Positions 49,526-64,000 of a stretch of DNA of 64,000 bases are shown here, in pieces. The DNA is from Marsupella aquatica (taxonomy: Eukaryota > Plantae > Marchantiophyta). Location: NCBI GenBank assembly GCA_973895155.1, contig OZ316896.1:18030754-18094753 (forward strand), in the 5' to 3' direction. The notes under the pieces were generated by a model. It did no database searches and had not been told where the DNA came from. It saw only the letters and a list, made by a program, of their open reading frames with translations. Every line of letters begins with the position of its first letter. Positions within the stretch are counted from its first letter, which is position 1. A program made the position numbers and the translations under genes.

Positions 49526-50508
49526 TATATATCTCATAGTTCTTTTGGTGGGCAAATTTTGGTGGGTCATAGTCTAGACTCTAGAGGCTTCCCTCTAAAC
49601 GCCTAGGCTCCAACTCTAGCTTGAACTGTTTGCAATTTATTTATTGGTAAGATGAGTGCTTGACTATTGTGGAGAAAAAAACAAAATAGATGTCTGACTT
49701 CATATCTGAGCTTCAGATATCTGTGACATTTAAGGAGAACAGTTGGATCTGGTGGTTGCCATCAGCCAACATCATGTCCACATCATAGCCCTTTTAAGAA
49801 GAATCTTTCTTTTAAAATATGTCATTAGATATAATAGAAAATTGTTTTGATTGCTACAAGACAAAACTGGACCCATTTCCAACATTGACTTCCTATATAT
49901 TGGAATTTCGTAAAGCTACCTTTGGGCCTTACCCTTGGCTCCTCATATTGGTGCTTGTTCTTCATTACTCGTTTTTTTTTCCCAGGGGTCATAATCAAGT
50001 TGTTCAAGTCCGCGAAAGCCAAAAATTGAGACTTTTCGCCAAAATTGAGGCTCATTAAATAATGAGCCTCAGGCAATCATTGTTAGCGGATAGTCCATTT
50101 CTTGCAAACAACTGAACTATCATCCTAGTTTTAATGTCAATAGTTATATGTGAACTCCACTTTTGGGTGAGATTTGTGTATCATCATTGTTTTCAATATC
50201 AATAGCTATATGTTAACTCCACCTTTGGGTGAAATTTGTGTCAAAGAATGAAAGGCAGAATGAAAATGAACTGTTGACAACAGGGAATCTTACTTCTTAC
50301 TAATCAAAAATAGATATCTGAAGCTCAGATATGAAGTCAGACATCTATTTTGTTTTTTTCTACACAATAGTCAAGCACTCATCTTACCAATAAATAAATT
50401 GCAAACAGTTCAAGCTAGAGTTGGAGCCTAGGCGTTTAGAGGGAAGCCTCTAGAGTCTAGACTATGACCCACCAAAATTTGCCCACCAAAAGAACTATGA
50501 GATATATA
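49526..50508. repeat. 197-bp near-perfect inverted repeat (arms 49526-49722 and 50312-50508, 589-bp spacer)
   Basis: arms are reverse complements with one mismatch seen (TGTGGAG vs TGTGTAG). Confidence 0.95.
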
Positions 50509-51370
50509 GTAAGAAAACTTTGCAAAAATGGGAGGCATGCCTCCCAAAAACTTGGAGTTAAGCCAAGTCAATGATCTCATAACTCCAAGTTTCTTACTTC
50601 TTACTTCAAGTGATCATGGTCAGTCCTCCAAATAGAGGAAAGAATATATTTTTCCTCTATCTTTGTGAGACATATAGTTGGACCCATAAATCCCAAAGTC
50701 TTACATGATTGGACCCCATGAGTTATTGAGTGCGTTGATTAAGGTCTATCAATGGTCACGATGGCTCATGGGTTCATCAAGTAAGACTTTGTATTTTGGG
50801 CCTCCACCATATATATCTCTCCAATCTTTGTTGTTATAAAGTTAAGGAATTTTTCTAAAGACGCTAGAAAGGACCTTCCTCGATAGAACCTCTCTGTAGA
50901 AATTTTCCACACGTGCGGATGGTCTGCCTTTCTCATTGACTTCTAAATAGCAAGAGGAGGATAAAAATTCCTTTGTTTGTCATAAAGTTATCTGAACCTA
51001 TCTACAAACGAAGAAAAAATCAAGCTTAGGCATGCACTGTCTGATGATCAGCATCCAAACCTAGAGAGCCCAATTCATTTGCACGAGATCCCTAGGAAGG
51101 AGAATTGTTTTCCCATTTACTTGGCTGCCCCTTGACTTGCACAGCACTCACAAGGCAACAGAAGTAAAAGCTTGCTGTAAAAACACAAGGGCCTAATAAA
51201 TTGCTCAATTTCAGAATTAAGCTTGGATGATCGGTTACCTTGTCCGTGATAAGCCCCATAGACAGTGATACCTTGTAAATAGATCATTCTTAAAAACTTT
51301 ACAACCAACTAACAAATATTGTGAGAACCTCTCAATAATGTTGTCATATAAATGTTAAGAATTGATATCG

Positions 51371-52469
51371 CCGGCACATGTCAGGGCGTTTTGCCTGGAT
51401 TTCTTCTCTGTGATTCACTCCTCTACTTCCTGTTGCAGCCACCGGGAGACACCAGTACGGATGTGCCGTTGGCTGGACATTGATGCCCCTATTAAATCTT
51501 TTGGGCTTGCCAATCACCGGGTCTATGAGATGCTGCGGACTAAGGGATCGGATTCTCTCAGATTGAACAGGATTTGGGGTGAAACACTTTCTGAGGGAGA
51601 ATGGAATGAGGTTTGGCAGGTTCTGTGGATATCTGATCTTTCCACTCGGGCCAAAACTTGTATTTGGCGAGTTTTGGCGCAAGGGCTCTTCTCTGGATCC
51701 CGAGCTATCAAAATTGATAAGTCTGATGGGTCTTGCACCCTTTGCTCGGGAATAGTTGAAACTATCTCTCATCTTCTTTCAATGCAAGTTTGCACGTTGC
51801 TGTTGGAGAATTACCTGGGGATGAACGGGCAGATCATTGGCCCCGACTTGAGCTTACTTGAGTTAGTAAGGTCTTGCAAGGGGAAAAATCCCCTGAACAC
51901 ATTGCGTTTTGTTATGATTTATGAGGTTTTATAGAGCATCTGGCTGGCTAGGAATGGACAGACTTTTGACTTGGAAAAGAAGTAAGTTTTTTATCAGGTT
52001 TTGATCTTCTCTGCTGCACTTGACCTTCTGGCTGCTGGTGCGGCGGTTTCAAATCCAGTAGGAAACACATGCGGCTTGTCTGTGCAATTGCCCTGCTGGA
52101 AGGAAAACGAAGTAGGATATTGAGAAGTGGAATCAGAGGCATAGTATCATTCTGAGAAGAACCCGGCTACTGATGTGTACTGGGAACTGGTTGAGTCCCA
52201 ACGAGTAGGACATATTTTGGCTCCTTGAAACACTGTGCTCCTTTGTCTCAGTTACTTCATATAGTGCCAATACACGATACCAGAAGGTGCTTGGTAGGGA
52301 CTAGGTTTTTGGACTGAGGTACTGAGTTTTTGGCTTGGCTGCTGCGCCACATATTTTCTGTTTTGCCCTCTAACTTAGGGGCTCTTCTGCCGTTGGGCCT
52401 GCTTGGTTCCCCCATCCATGGGGTTCACGCGGAATAAAATAAATTAAAAATAATAAAAATAATAAAAAA
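51371..52469 (+). mobile_element. 5'-truncated L1-type LINE retrotransposon relic (zf-RVT region, 3' UTR, A-rich tail)
   Basis: W-rich zf-RVT signature RIWGETLSEGEWNEVWQVLW...AKTCIWRVLAQGL...CTLCSGIVETISHLL; decays after the zinc finger; A-rich tail 52433-52469; candidate TSD AAGAATTGATATCG (51357-51370) vs AAAAATTTGATATTG after the tail. Confidence 0.85.
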
Positions 52470-55012
52470 TTTGATATTGTAAGCATTATGGTGTAAACAT
52501 TCGCTTTCCACTCAATACATTGATTTGTTAATTTTAGAAATGTAAATAGGAGATGATATTCTGGCCTTAGTGATGTATTGGAATGAAGTAACTATAACAA
52601 ATGTTTTGTGCATCTCCTGCATGAACCAGGATCATGGCACTGAGGTCATATGCACAGTTATACACACTGGTCATGCCAACCGGCACAAGCACATTCTAAA
52701 GTGTTGGATGGAGTTGGCGATGGCCATTGAATTAGCCAAGGCTTCAAAGCAAAGAGGGATGGGGGGGACTCGGTCCTGCCAGTAGTCACACATCAAAATG
52801 TAAAAATATACTGTGTGCACTCATTTATTAAAAAAAAAAACAAGATTTATAATGGTATCGAGTGATGTTGTACATCATTTATGTCGCATTTGGATGTGCA
52901 TTTACCACAACCCCTTGGTGGGCTGAGAAGCTAATCAGGGATATGATCTGTTCTTGCTGACTTGAGATTTTCTTAGTCATCTCTAGGGTGATAGTTAGTG
53001 TTAGGAATTAACTCGAGTTCCCGGCTTCTAGATAATTTGGCCTTACTAGGGTTAGCTAACCCTTTATTACACTAGGATAAGATCCACTTAATTAGATTAG
53101 GCCCCTACATATCAACCCCTTGGGGGTATAGGGTGGAGGGAGAGCACTATTTCCCTTATTCTTTACATGTACTTTCACATGAGCCATGGATCATTCAGGA
53201 GTTTCTTCATAGTTGCAATTGTGTCTTGGAGGGTGTCTTGTTGGTGTAGTGTGAGATTGAGTGCTCTCATAATTATTTCGCATTATTATCTAGTCCGGAG
53301 CCGACCGTTTCTTTCGGTTACAATGAAAGATCAATCATGATGGCAAGCTCAAAACTACAATTTCAAGCAAGAGAAGAACCTCAAGATGTGGATGTGTACT
53401 CAAATCAAAACAAAATATGGTGTGCTACAGTCCCCTTGAAGGGGTGTTTCTTTTGACACAAACATGGCAGATTTTGATTGAGAATTATCTTACATAATTT
53501 GAGATTTTGGTCAATCAGAGAAGCTGTTGAGATAGCAGATTTTGATTAGATGTAGCCTCGGGGGTCTCACTATATGGATATAGTTTTTAGGCCTCAAACC
53601 CCCTAAAATGTAAGGAATATTAGAAAGACCCCTAATGTTCTTATAAGTCTCCAAATTGTATTTGAAATACCCTGTTGTTCTTTTGAGAAAATTCTTAAGT
53701 ATTCCCTTTGAACCAATAAAATAACACTTATTAACCCTTATTATTTTTTGTTGCATATTATGTGCCATTTTTGTGGAAGTGAAACACTCATGATGTAGTA
53801 CACTCTATTCTTTGTCATTTCTATCTTTTTATGGTGTGCTTCAAAGCCCTTCAAAACACTCGTATGTTGATATGAAATCAGCAGATTTTATTCAAGAAAT
53901 ACTTGAGAATGTGAGGTTAAAGTTTAGGACTTTTGTCTTTTATAAAACTTGTGTGTTTCGTTTCTGGTTGGTTAGAAAGCGCTTGTGAAAGTGCTCCTCT
54001 TCTATAGGCTTGCCAAAATGCTCAGATAGACTGGACAGACTGACCCACAACCTATTTTCTGCTCACATAGTGCCAACATATACCATATATGGGTGAAATG
54101 TAGCCAAAAAATGAGCGTCATCTTTGAAAATGTGTAGGTCAATCAATTCTCAATGAAATGACTACTAGCTCATTCTTTCAAGGACCACAACTCAAATCCC
54201 ATTCATTTGGATTGAGAGAGATACTTAATGTCATAGTTGGAAAAAGGTAACCAACATAAGATTCCATTGGATTGGAGGGAGAAATACACCAAGCTCGAAT
54301 GTCAAAGTTAGCTGCTGAAAAATGGCACGACAACCAACAACATAAGATTCTCAATGTCAAAATCCTGCTGCTTGAAAATTTTATAAGGTAAGACATCTAA
54401 TATTCGGCAATTTTATAAGGTAAGACATCTAATATTCGGCTTTTGGGAGAAAATGGGATACTCAATGTCAAAGTTCTGCTGCTCGAAAGCTTTCTAAGGT
54501 AGGACATCTCATAACATAAGATTCCCGATAAGATTTAATGGGATACTGAATTTAGGGTACTTGAAGCACCTACAGTGAGTAATGATATTCTACATGAAAC
54601 CTATAGTGGACTCCCATTGCACATCAAAGGGAGACTCCAGAGACTTGTCAACAAGTTCTGAGACAAGAAGGCTATCAATGAATGAATGAAGGTGTAAAAG
54701 GTGTCCCAATCCATGGAACTTCCCTGGTTCATGGTAAGGTCCCTGTAAGCGTATCATTCCAGATCATATACACCCAAGGTCTGCATGATCATTCAAATAG
54801 TTACCCATTGTCAAGCATAGGTTTGACATGACATGCCTAATATGTAAACATTAGAATTTCATAGTAAATAACCAAACTCCAAGTACACATTGTGGGATAA
54901 GTGCCCATTTTCTCCCAAAACACCGAAGGAGATCTATAGAGCTACTCACTCAACACTGAACCCGGTATATAGCCAACCTTCAGTTAGCTTTGATGGCTCG
55001 TTCATCACAGTC

Positions 55013-55490
55013 AAAACTACCCGACTCCAAAGGAGCTGCCGTTGACACTGTAAAAAACTACCCGACTCCAAAGGAGCTGCCGTTGACACTGTAAAAAACT
55101 TTAAAACTTCATATACAAGCTTGCTCTAAACAGTAAGGGGTTTACTGTTTACTATTACACTCCCCCACATAAACATGTAACGGCTGTCAATCTGACATTG
55201 ACTCTGTAAGATCTGTAATCTTCAGGACCTTGCTCTAAACAGTAAGAACTATTACACTTCCCCACATATACATGTGACGACTGTCAATCTGTCATTGACA
55301 CTGTAAGAGCTGTAAGCTTCAGGACCTTGCTCTAAACAGCAAGGTTTTTACTGTTCAAAACATGTAAGGGCTGTCAAGCTGTCCTTGACACTCTTAGGAA
55401 TGTAAACTTCTGATACTAGCTTGCTCTAAACAGTAAGGATTTTACTGTTTCTTATTACATTCTCCCATAACATGTAACCGTTGTCAACTT
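55013..55490. repeat. tandem repeat block 3' of the peroxidase: ~42-bp x2 plus ~100-bp x4
   Basis: AAAACTACCCGACTCCAAAGGAGCTGCCGTTGACACTGTAAA twice; CTTGCTCTAAACAG(T/C)AAG...ACATGT.A...CTGTCAA at ~55120, 55229, 55326, 55420. Confidence 0.85.
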
Positions 55491-55669
55491 CATCTCAATC
55501 TCGACCTTCATATTCATTGCCCTCAAAGAAGGAACATCTCGAGAGATTGAGCGATGGACGATCCTTTCGCAGAGATGCAGGAAATGTAACAAGTCAGCTT
55601 CCGCCTATGATTACAGGATTTCCCAATTTCTCAACTTGGTGATCTTCCCTGGCAGTCTTGTGTGGCACT

Positions 55670-58686
<3,017 letters not shown>

Positions 58687-58839
58687 CTCAGATGCTTTTG
58701 CCACTGGAATTGGAAGTTGAATGTAGAGCACCCGCAACAAACAAAACGAGTAGCTGCTGACTCCCACTCGAGCAAACAGGTCCAGTGAAGAATCAATCCG
58801 ATGAGCCCAGGAGTGCTGAATTCATGGAGCCCAGCTGCC

Positions 58840-58849
58840 CTATTTATCT
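58840..58849 (-). promoter_or_regulatory. candidate TATA-like box of the peroxidase gene
   Basis: GATAAATAG on the minus strand about 155 bp upstream of the ATG. Confidence 0.35.
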
Positions 58850-61800
58850 GTGTGAACGCTTGGACTCCCGTTAGCGAGCCAACTAATAGTTTATTTTGGT
58901 TATTTTGGTTTCAGGAAAGTGAACTGATCCCTTACTGTAAAAGTTAAACGTCTCATTGAAGACTTGTCGTCCTGTGTGACTCTCAAGCCACTCTGTACGA
59001 TATGTGCAAATGGACCGGCGACTCACGTGCACAGAAGTCCATCGAGGACTTTCATGGCATGTCTGCCCCACCAGTCCATTTTTTGTGTTTTCTCCGCGTC
59101 GGACTCAAACTTTGGGCCCTGTATGATGTCAGCCAGCAGTGGATTTTCTTTCTTACACATTTTCAAGGACGTAGTACTATATTTTTTTCCTTGAGCAGTG
59201 CACCGTATTGTTTACTAGTATTGTTTACCATTTGTCCACAGAAACTGCCCATGCACATGCAAGAGTGCTAGCGAGAGAACAGGAACTTCTGACTATGTGA
59301 TCAGTTTGAAGGGAAAGTACTGGGCCCCCACTTCCTAACCTGAGTTAACTCCCTCTCCCTCTCCCTCCTAGTCGGTCCCTTGTTGGATCCTTTAATTAAC
59401 ACCGGGGTTTCCTTTCGTATTTTGGGCAGGTGACACCCATGGCGCATTGAGAAGCAAAAACGTTTTACTTGACTTGTACAATCAAATTATGACCCTTAGA
59501 TCTATGTACGATCAGATACAATCAGATCTGGGCCATTGATTTTGGCAAATAGGTCTCTGAAACTTTTTCAAAATCTCTTTGTATCATTAGCAAGCCCCTT
59601 CACCTGGTAGCAAGTGGTCAAAATTTTGTACAGAAAGTAAACACTACTTGACACTCTACACCATTACAGGTTCCTAAGAGAATGATTTATTGATGAGTGA
59701 TGTCTTCTGGTTTCAATGCAGAAAAAGAGACGTTGTTCAGATAAGATCATAAAACATTCTCCTCTCACTTTCCCTTCAATTGGATCAAAAGCTCAGACAT
59801 TATTTCTCACTTGCCTCATCCAGTAGCTGGTCAACTGATCAAAGCCATTTGGTTTTCTATTTTAGGGTAATCTCAATGTTTCTACCTTTATTGAGATAGA
59901 CCTATCAATCTTCATCATAAGACCAACAATAAATGCACCTTACAAAATGGAGGAATCTGTTAATCAACTGTAAGTTGAGTTTACATGAGAACGCCTAGTA
60001 AGTCGAGATAATGTCTTCTTCCATCTCTTCATCAAAATTAAACATCACTGGCAGTGCAACACGTAGAACTGTAATAAGTTCTTTAGGATCCTATTCTTTA
60101 GGATAGGAAAGAATAGGATACTAAAGAAAAGAAAAAAACCCCAAATAAGGGGAGAAAGCAAGGGACCAACCCAAGAAGACCACTTGGCGAAGTCCTAAAA
60201 CTGCTGTATCCCCAAGGCCCCAACCATCCACTACTGTAGTGCCCCGTAGTGCGGAACAATTGGACGGAAAGTTTCAATTAAGTAAAGTGAGTCATAACTC
60301 TGATAACCTACAGTAGCTTAATTTAATCCACGACCAGCTACTGTACCTGAATCAATTGAATGTCTGAAACATACATTTGCAATTTTCTCACTCAGGATAT
60401 TGTATCATTTAGACGTAAGGTACATACTACAAAGCTCTGTCAGCTGTTATTGTTTTAGTTTCTAGGTGGCTGGTGGTTGCTGTCTTGCAAGAGCTATAGA
60501 TTTCTTGCCACAGCCATTGCAGATCTGGCTGAATTGCAATGAAGGATATAGGACCCAGCTGCCGACTTCGAGACGATGATTTTAACACAATGGCATCTCA
60601 AACCTGCTGTATCCCATGTATTTTGGTGACCTGTAGTGTGATTTTCGACCCACACTGAAATACATCTATTTTTATAGAGCATTGTACTTTTTACCATCAT
60701 ACTATTTGTTTCATTGTGGAGAGCTAAATGAGAGTTTAACTTGCATCAGTATTGTTGGGGAATTCTATTTGTCAGAGACCATTGCTCTTGTTATTCATTT
60801 TTGAATAATTTATATTCTAGAGCTACTTGTTACTTTTAGGGACTGTTGTTGATGAATCATATTTTTCAGAGAGAGTTGATCTTATTACAACAATTGCTTC
60901 AAGTAAGTTTTGTTGTGCAAAGCTACCAGATATCATTTTTTCATAAGGTGTTGCTCTTGTTACAAGGACTGCTTTGAGTACTTTGTCACTGGGAGGGGAG
61001 CTGAGAGAGAATTAAAATGTGCACCTTCAGTCCATTCCATTCACTCTCAATTTGTTTTCTAGGTGCACATCATAATGTTCTTATATACGGTGACAAAAGT
61101 GTACTAAGTAAACAATTAATAAAAGAATCTTCATCCATTTTTACTTCACTTGGATTGGCTCATGATTAGGTGTAAAATGATATGTCCCCTGTCATGATCC
61201 AGGGGGATTGTTGGATAGAAACAAGGTATCAGTCCATCCAGGCTTTAGTTTTGAAAAGGCAATATTACATCAAAATATGTAAACTATAATTCTGGAAATT
61301 TTCACTAAATTCTTTTCAAGTCTCACGGCAAATATTTTGTGAGTCAAGTTAAAAAATGTAATACTTAGTTCATTTTTGCACTACCCAGGATGAAACTACA
61401 ACAGTGTAAGCACCTAATTAGAATGAACATAAATTTAGTGTTACTGCAGTAATAATAAGAGGGGGCCGGCTTATCTACTCTAATTCATGCATGCTAGCGC
61501 TGAGACTTTCCCTGTGTCATTGGAGCACCTTCTTTCCTTTGGGCAATATTAATTCATGACAGTGTGACAGAGTAATACTAGTTGTGGTGAAGAGTGTAGA
61601 CTTTGGACAGCCAGTTCCACGGACCTGGCTCGAGTCTGCTGCCCTTAATTTGCAGGTCCTTGCTTTGGTGTGTCACCCAATGCTCTCTGAGTGTATTCAT
61701 TTGGCTTAGTTTGAATTGGGTCGCTATTGTATTCTATTGAGATGGCCTTTTGCTGGGGCATTGCCAGCCCTCTCCTTGACATTATTTTCTAGGTTTGCCT

Positions 61801-62954
61801 TTCTCTAAAAGAAAAAATACAATATATTTACTTCTGTAATAAGCAATCCTGCCAAAGCCTTGCCCACAGACTAGATTAAACTCTGGCCATCCGACTTATT
61901 ATTGGACTTTTTGGATCATCAAATTTGGAAAACCTTGCCACAAAATACAAACAAGGAAGGCATGTGTGTGGGAGGAGAGCCACTGAATATACTAACACGT
62001 ACAGGTACTGGGGTACGCAATTTTGTACAGGTACTGGGGTAGATTTCTCTAGCTTAGTTGTATGGACACACAAGCAGCATGGTGAAATTGAAAAAATTAA
62101 ATGGATTAAAAATTTGATAAATTCAAAATAGTACAAAGCACACATCACGTGGACCAAATTGAGTTAAAAATATATAGCAAATAATTCAGAGAAGACAAAG
62201 TAGCAAGAATGGGTCTCACCATACCAACCCCTCCCCATGCCACTCTTCAGCTTATCTTATTTACTAAATTCTTATCTATCCATGCAACTGATGCCGGTGT
62301 TCCTGGTTGCCCAACTTTTGCCTCTCCTCTATTACCCACAACGGGCCCACAACTCATCCCTTCTTCTTAGACTATCCCTTCTTGCATGTAAAGTTTTGCT
62401 TGGACCATCTTTTGTACCGACAGCATAAATGCAAGATTTACAACAATTTTGCAACCACTTTCACTTCCACTATCTTCTGCCTTGACCCGTTTTCATGGTG
62501 AAAATGTTGTGCTTCAACAAGACAGGTAAGTGATTTGTTTACCCTAACTTTCTCCCTCACCCAACACTTCCTTTTGACTCACCCTGGCCCTCATTGTCTT
62601 GCTGTTAGCCCCACCCCTCCTCTGGGCTCACCCCTACCATTGGAACAGGAAGACTTGGGCAATGACGATAATTCACATCAACAGCACATTTTCCAATGCT
62701 CTGACCATCTTCCCCATCGACAACACTTTGTGCAACATTTCTTTTCCACAATGACGACATGTCTAACAGTGGAACTTGCACAATGACAACACTTCTAAAA
62801 TAACTTCATCCCTGTAACAACAACTGTGGATTGGGCTGATAAGTATTGAAAACTATAAAGAAAGGTTGCTCCATTTTATAGTCTGGTTGTCATTCAAATT
62901 TGCATTCTCTTAAAAATTAGAAACATGAAAGAATCTAATCAAGGAGAAGGAATA

Positions 62955-62985
62955 AAAAGAAAAGAAAAGAAAAGAAAAGAAAAAA
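62955..62985. repeat. (AAAAG)n microsatellite
   Basis: about five AAAAG units. Confidence 0.85.
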
Positions 62986-63349
62986 TAATATAGTGTGAAT
63001 GAAAATGGACTGCACTGTTCCAAAGCAAAAAACAATCTAATAGTAAACAGGATTAATGGGGAGGGCCGCTAGCACTCAGGGAGTATCAAGAAGACCTCCC
63101 TTTAATATGTACCACTATAATACCGATCCAGTCCCTTTACAAAGTTTTAAAAAAAAAGTGAGAATCAATTATGTTAACCATTCATGAAAACATTAACCAC
63201 ATTTTAAGTCTATCCATACACCCCCTCTAAAATAAGCTCCTGCCCAAGCTACTCTTTAGCCTTCCCATCCTCCCACAATTAAAAACTTAATTAAAAACAT
63301 ATCATTTTTCTAATTTTTACATTTTATTTTCAAATTTTTTTCCTTGCTT

Positions 63350-63790
63350 TGATATCGTTTCCTCATTTTGCCATCTTTTTCCCACATTGACATCTTTACT
63401 TCACCATTACATTTTATCTCACTGTCTTCAAGATCCTTTCTTCATCTTGACATCCTTTTTTCAACTTTGGATCTTTTCTCACCTCAAGATTTCTTCTCAC
63501 CTCAAGATATTTTCCTCACCTCAAGATATTTTCTCACCTCAACAATGTCTTGTCCTTAGTTTTCTCATGTTGTCATCTTTTTCTCATCATCTTTTTCTCA
63601 CCCCAATGTCTTTACTTCACCCTCGACTTCTTTTCTCTCCTTGACAATTTTTTCCTCATCTTGACATATTTTTCTCATCTCGCCATCTTCCTCTCCTTGC
63701 ATATTTTTTGCACCTTGGCATATTTTTCCTCATTGACATCTTTTCTCACCTCAACATCTTGTGTGCAAGGCACAGGTATCGGGCCCAATA
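63350..63790 (+). mobile_element. Helitron-family 3' region (same family as 41040-41264) with decayed terminus
   Basis: long array of TTTTCTCACCTCAAGAT/CTTGACATC units ending CACCTCAACATCTTGTGTGCAAGGCACAGGTATCGGGCCCAA, colinear with CACCTCAACATCTTCTGTGCAATGCACAGGTATTGGGCTAG at 41224-41264. Confidence 0.65.
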
Positions 63791-64000
63791 TTTCACAACA
63801 TCTTTGAGTTATGACATACTTTACTCATTGACCATTTTGTACTTAACAACATCGTTATATTTAATGACATCTTTGGCATAACGACATCTATTTCCTTGAC
63901 GACACTTTTTACTTGATGACATCTTGGGCAACACGACATCTTGGGTGTCACGACATCTCTTTTCTTAAGAACATCTTGGGCCCCACGAGATCTTTATTTT

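Noticed and set aside
63368-63807. Phe/Ser/Leu-rich membrane-protein-like ORFs
   Set aside because: Artefact of the pyrimidine-rich minisatellite.

Overview
This is a eukaryotic, intron-containing land-plant window; a bryophyte/liverwort-like origin is an inference from gene content and repeat style. There is no prokaryotic organisation, CRISPR array or rRNA. Three host genes could be spliced by hand into intact frames: a DUF2431/BMT5-like methyltransferase-domain gene (+, 16835-18467), an OBL1-like class 3 lipase (+, 43230-46275) and a class III secretory peroxidase with an unusual 71-aa C-terminal extension (-, 55670-58686). The main find is a fully delimited 9,020-bp DNA transposon (4612-13631) with TTAA target duplications and 23-bp TIRs. 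It encodes a 6-exon Kolobok-type DDE transposase that carries an inserted SAP/HeH-like module and breaks off just before the expected catalytic Glu. Convergent with it is a KolX-like gene resembling the P2X7 cytoplasmic 'ballast' domain, followed by what looks like a second, diverged tandem copy. The rest of the window is repeat-rich intergenic DNA: a 5'-truncated L1 LINE, several Helitron-type 3' ends, hAT/MITE-like relics, a near-perfect 197-bp inverted repeat, many short tandem duplications and possible decayed LRR/Roco-like fragments. All family assignments come from motif recognition, not database searches.
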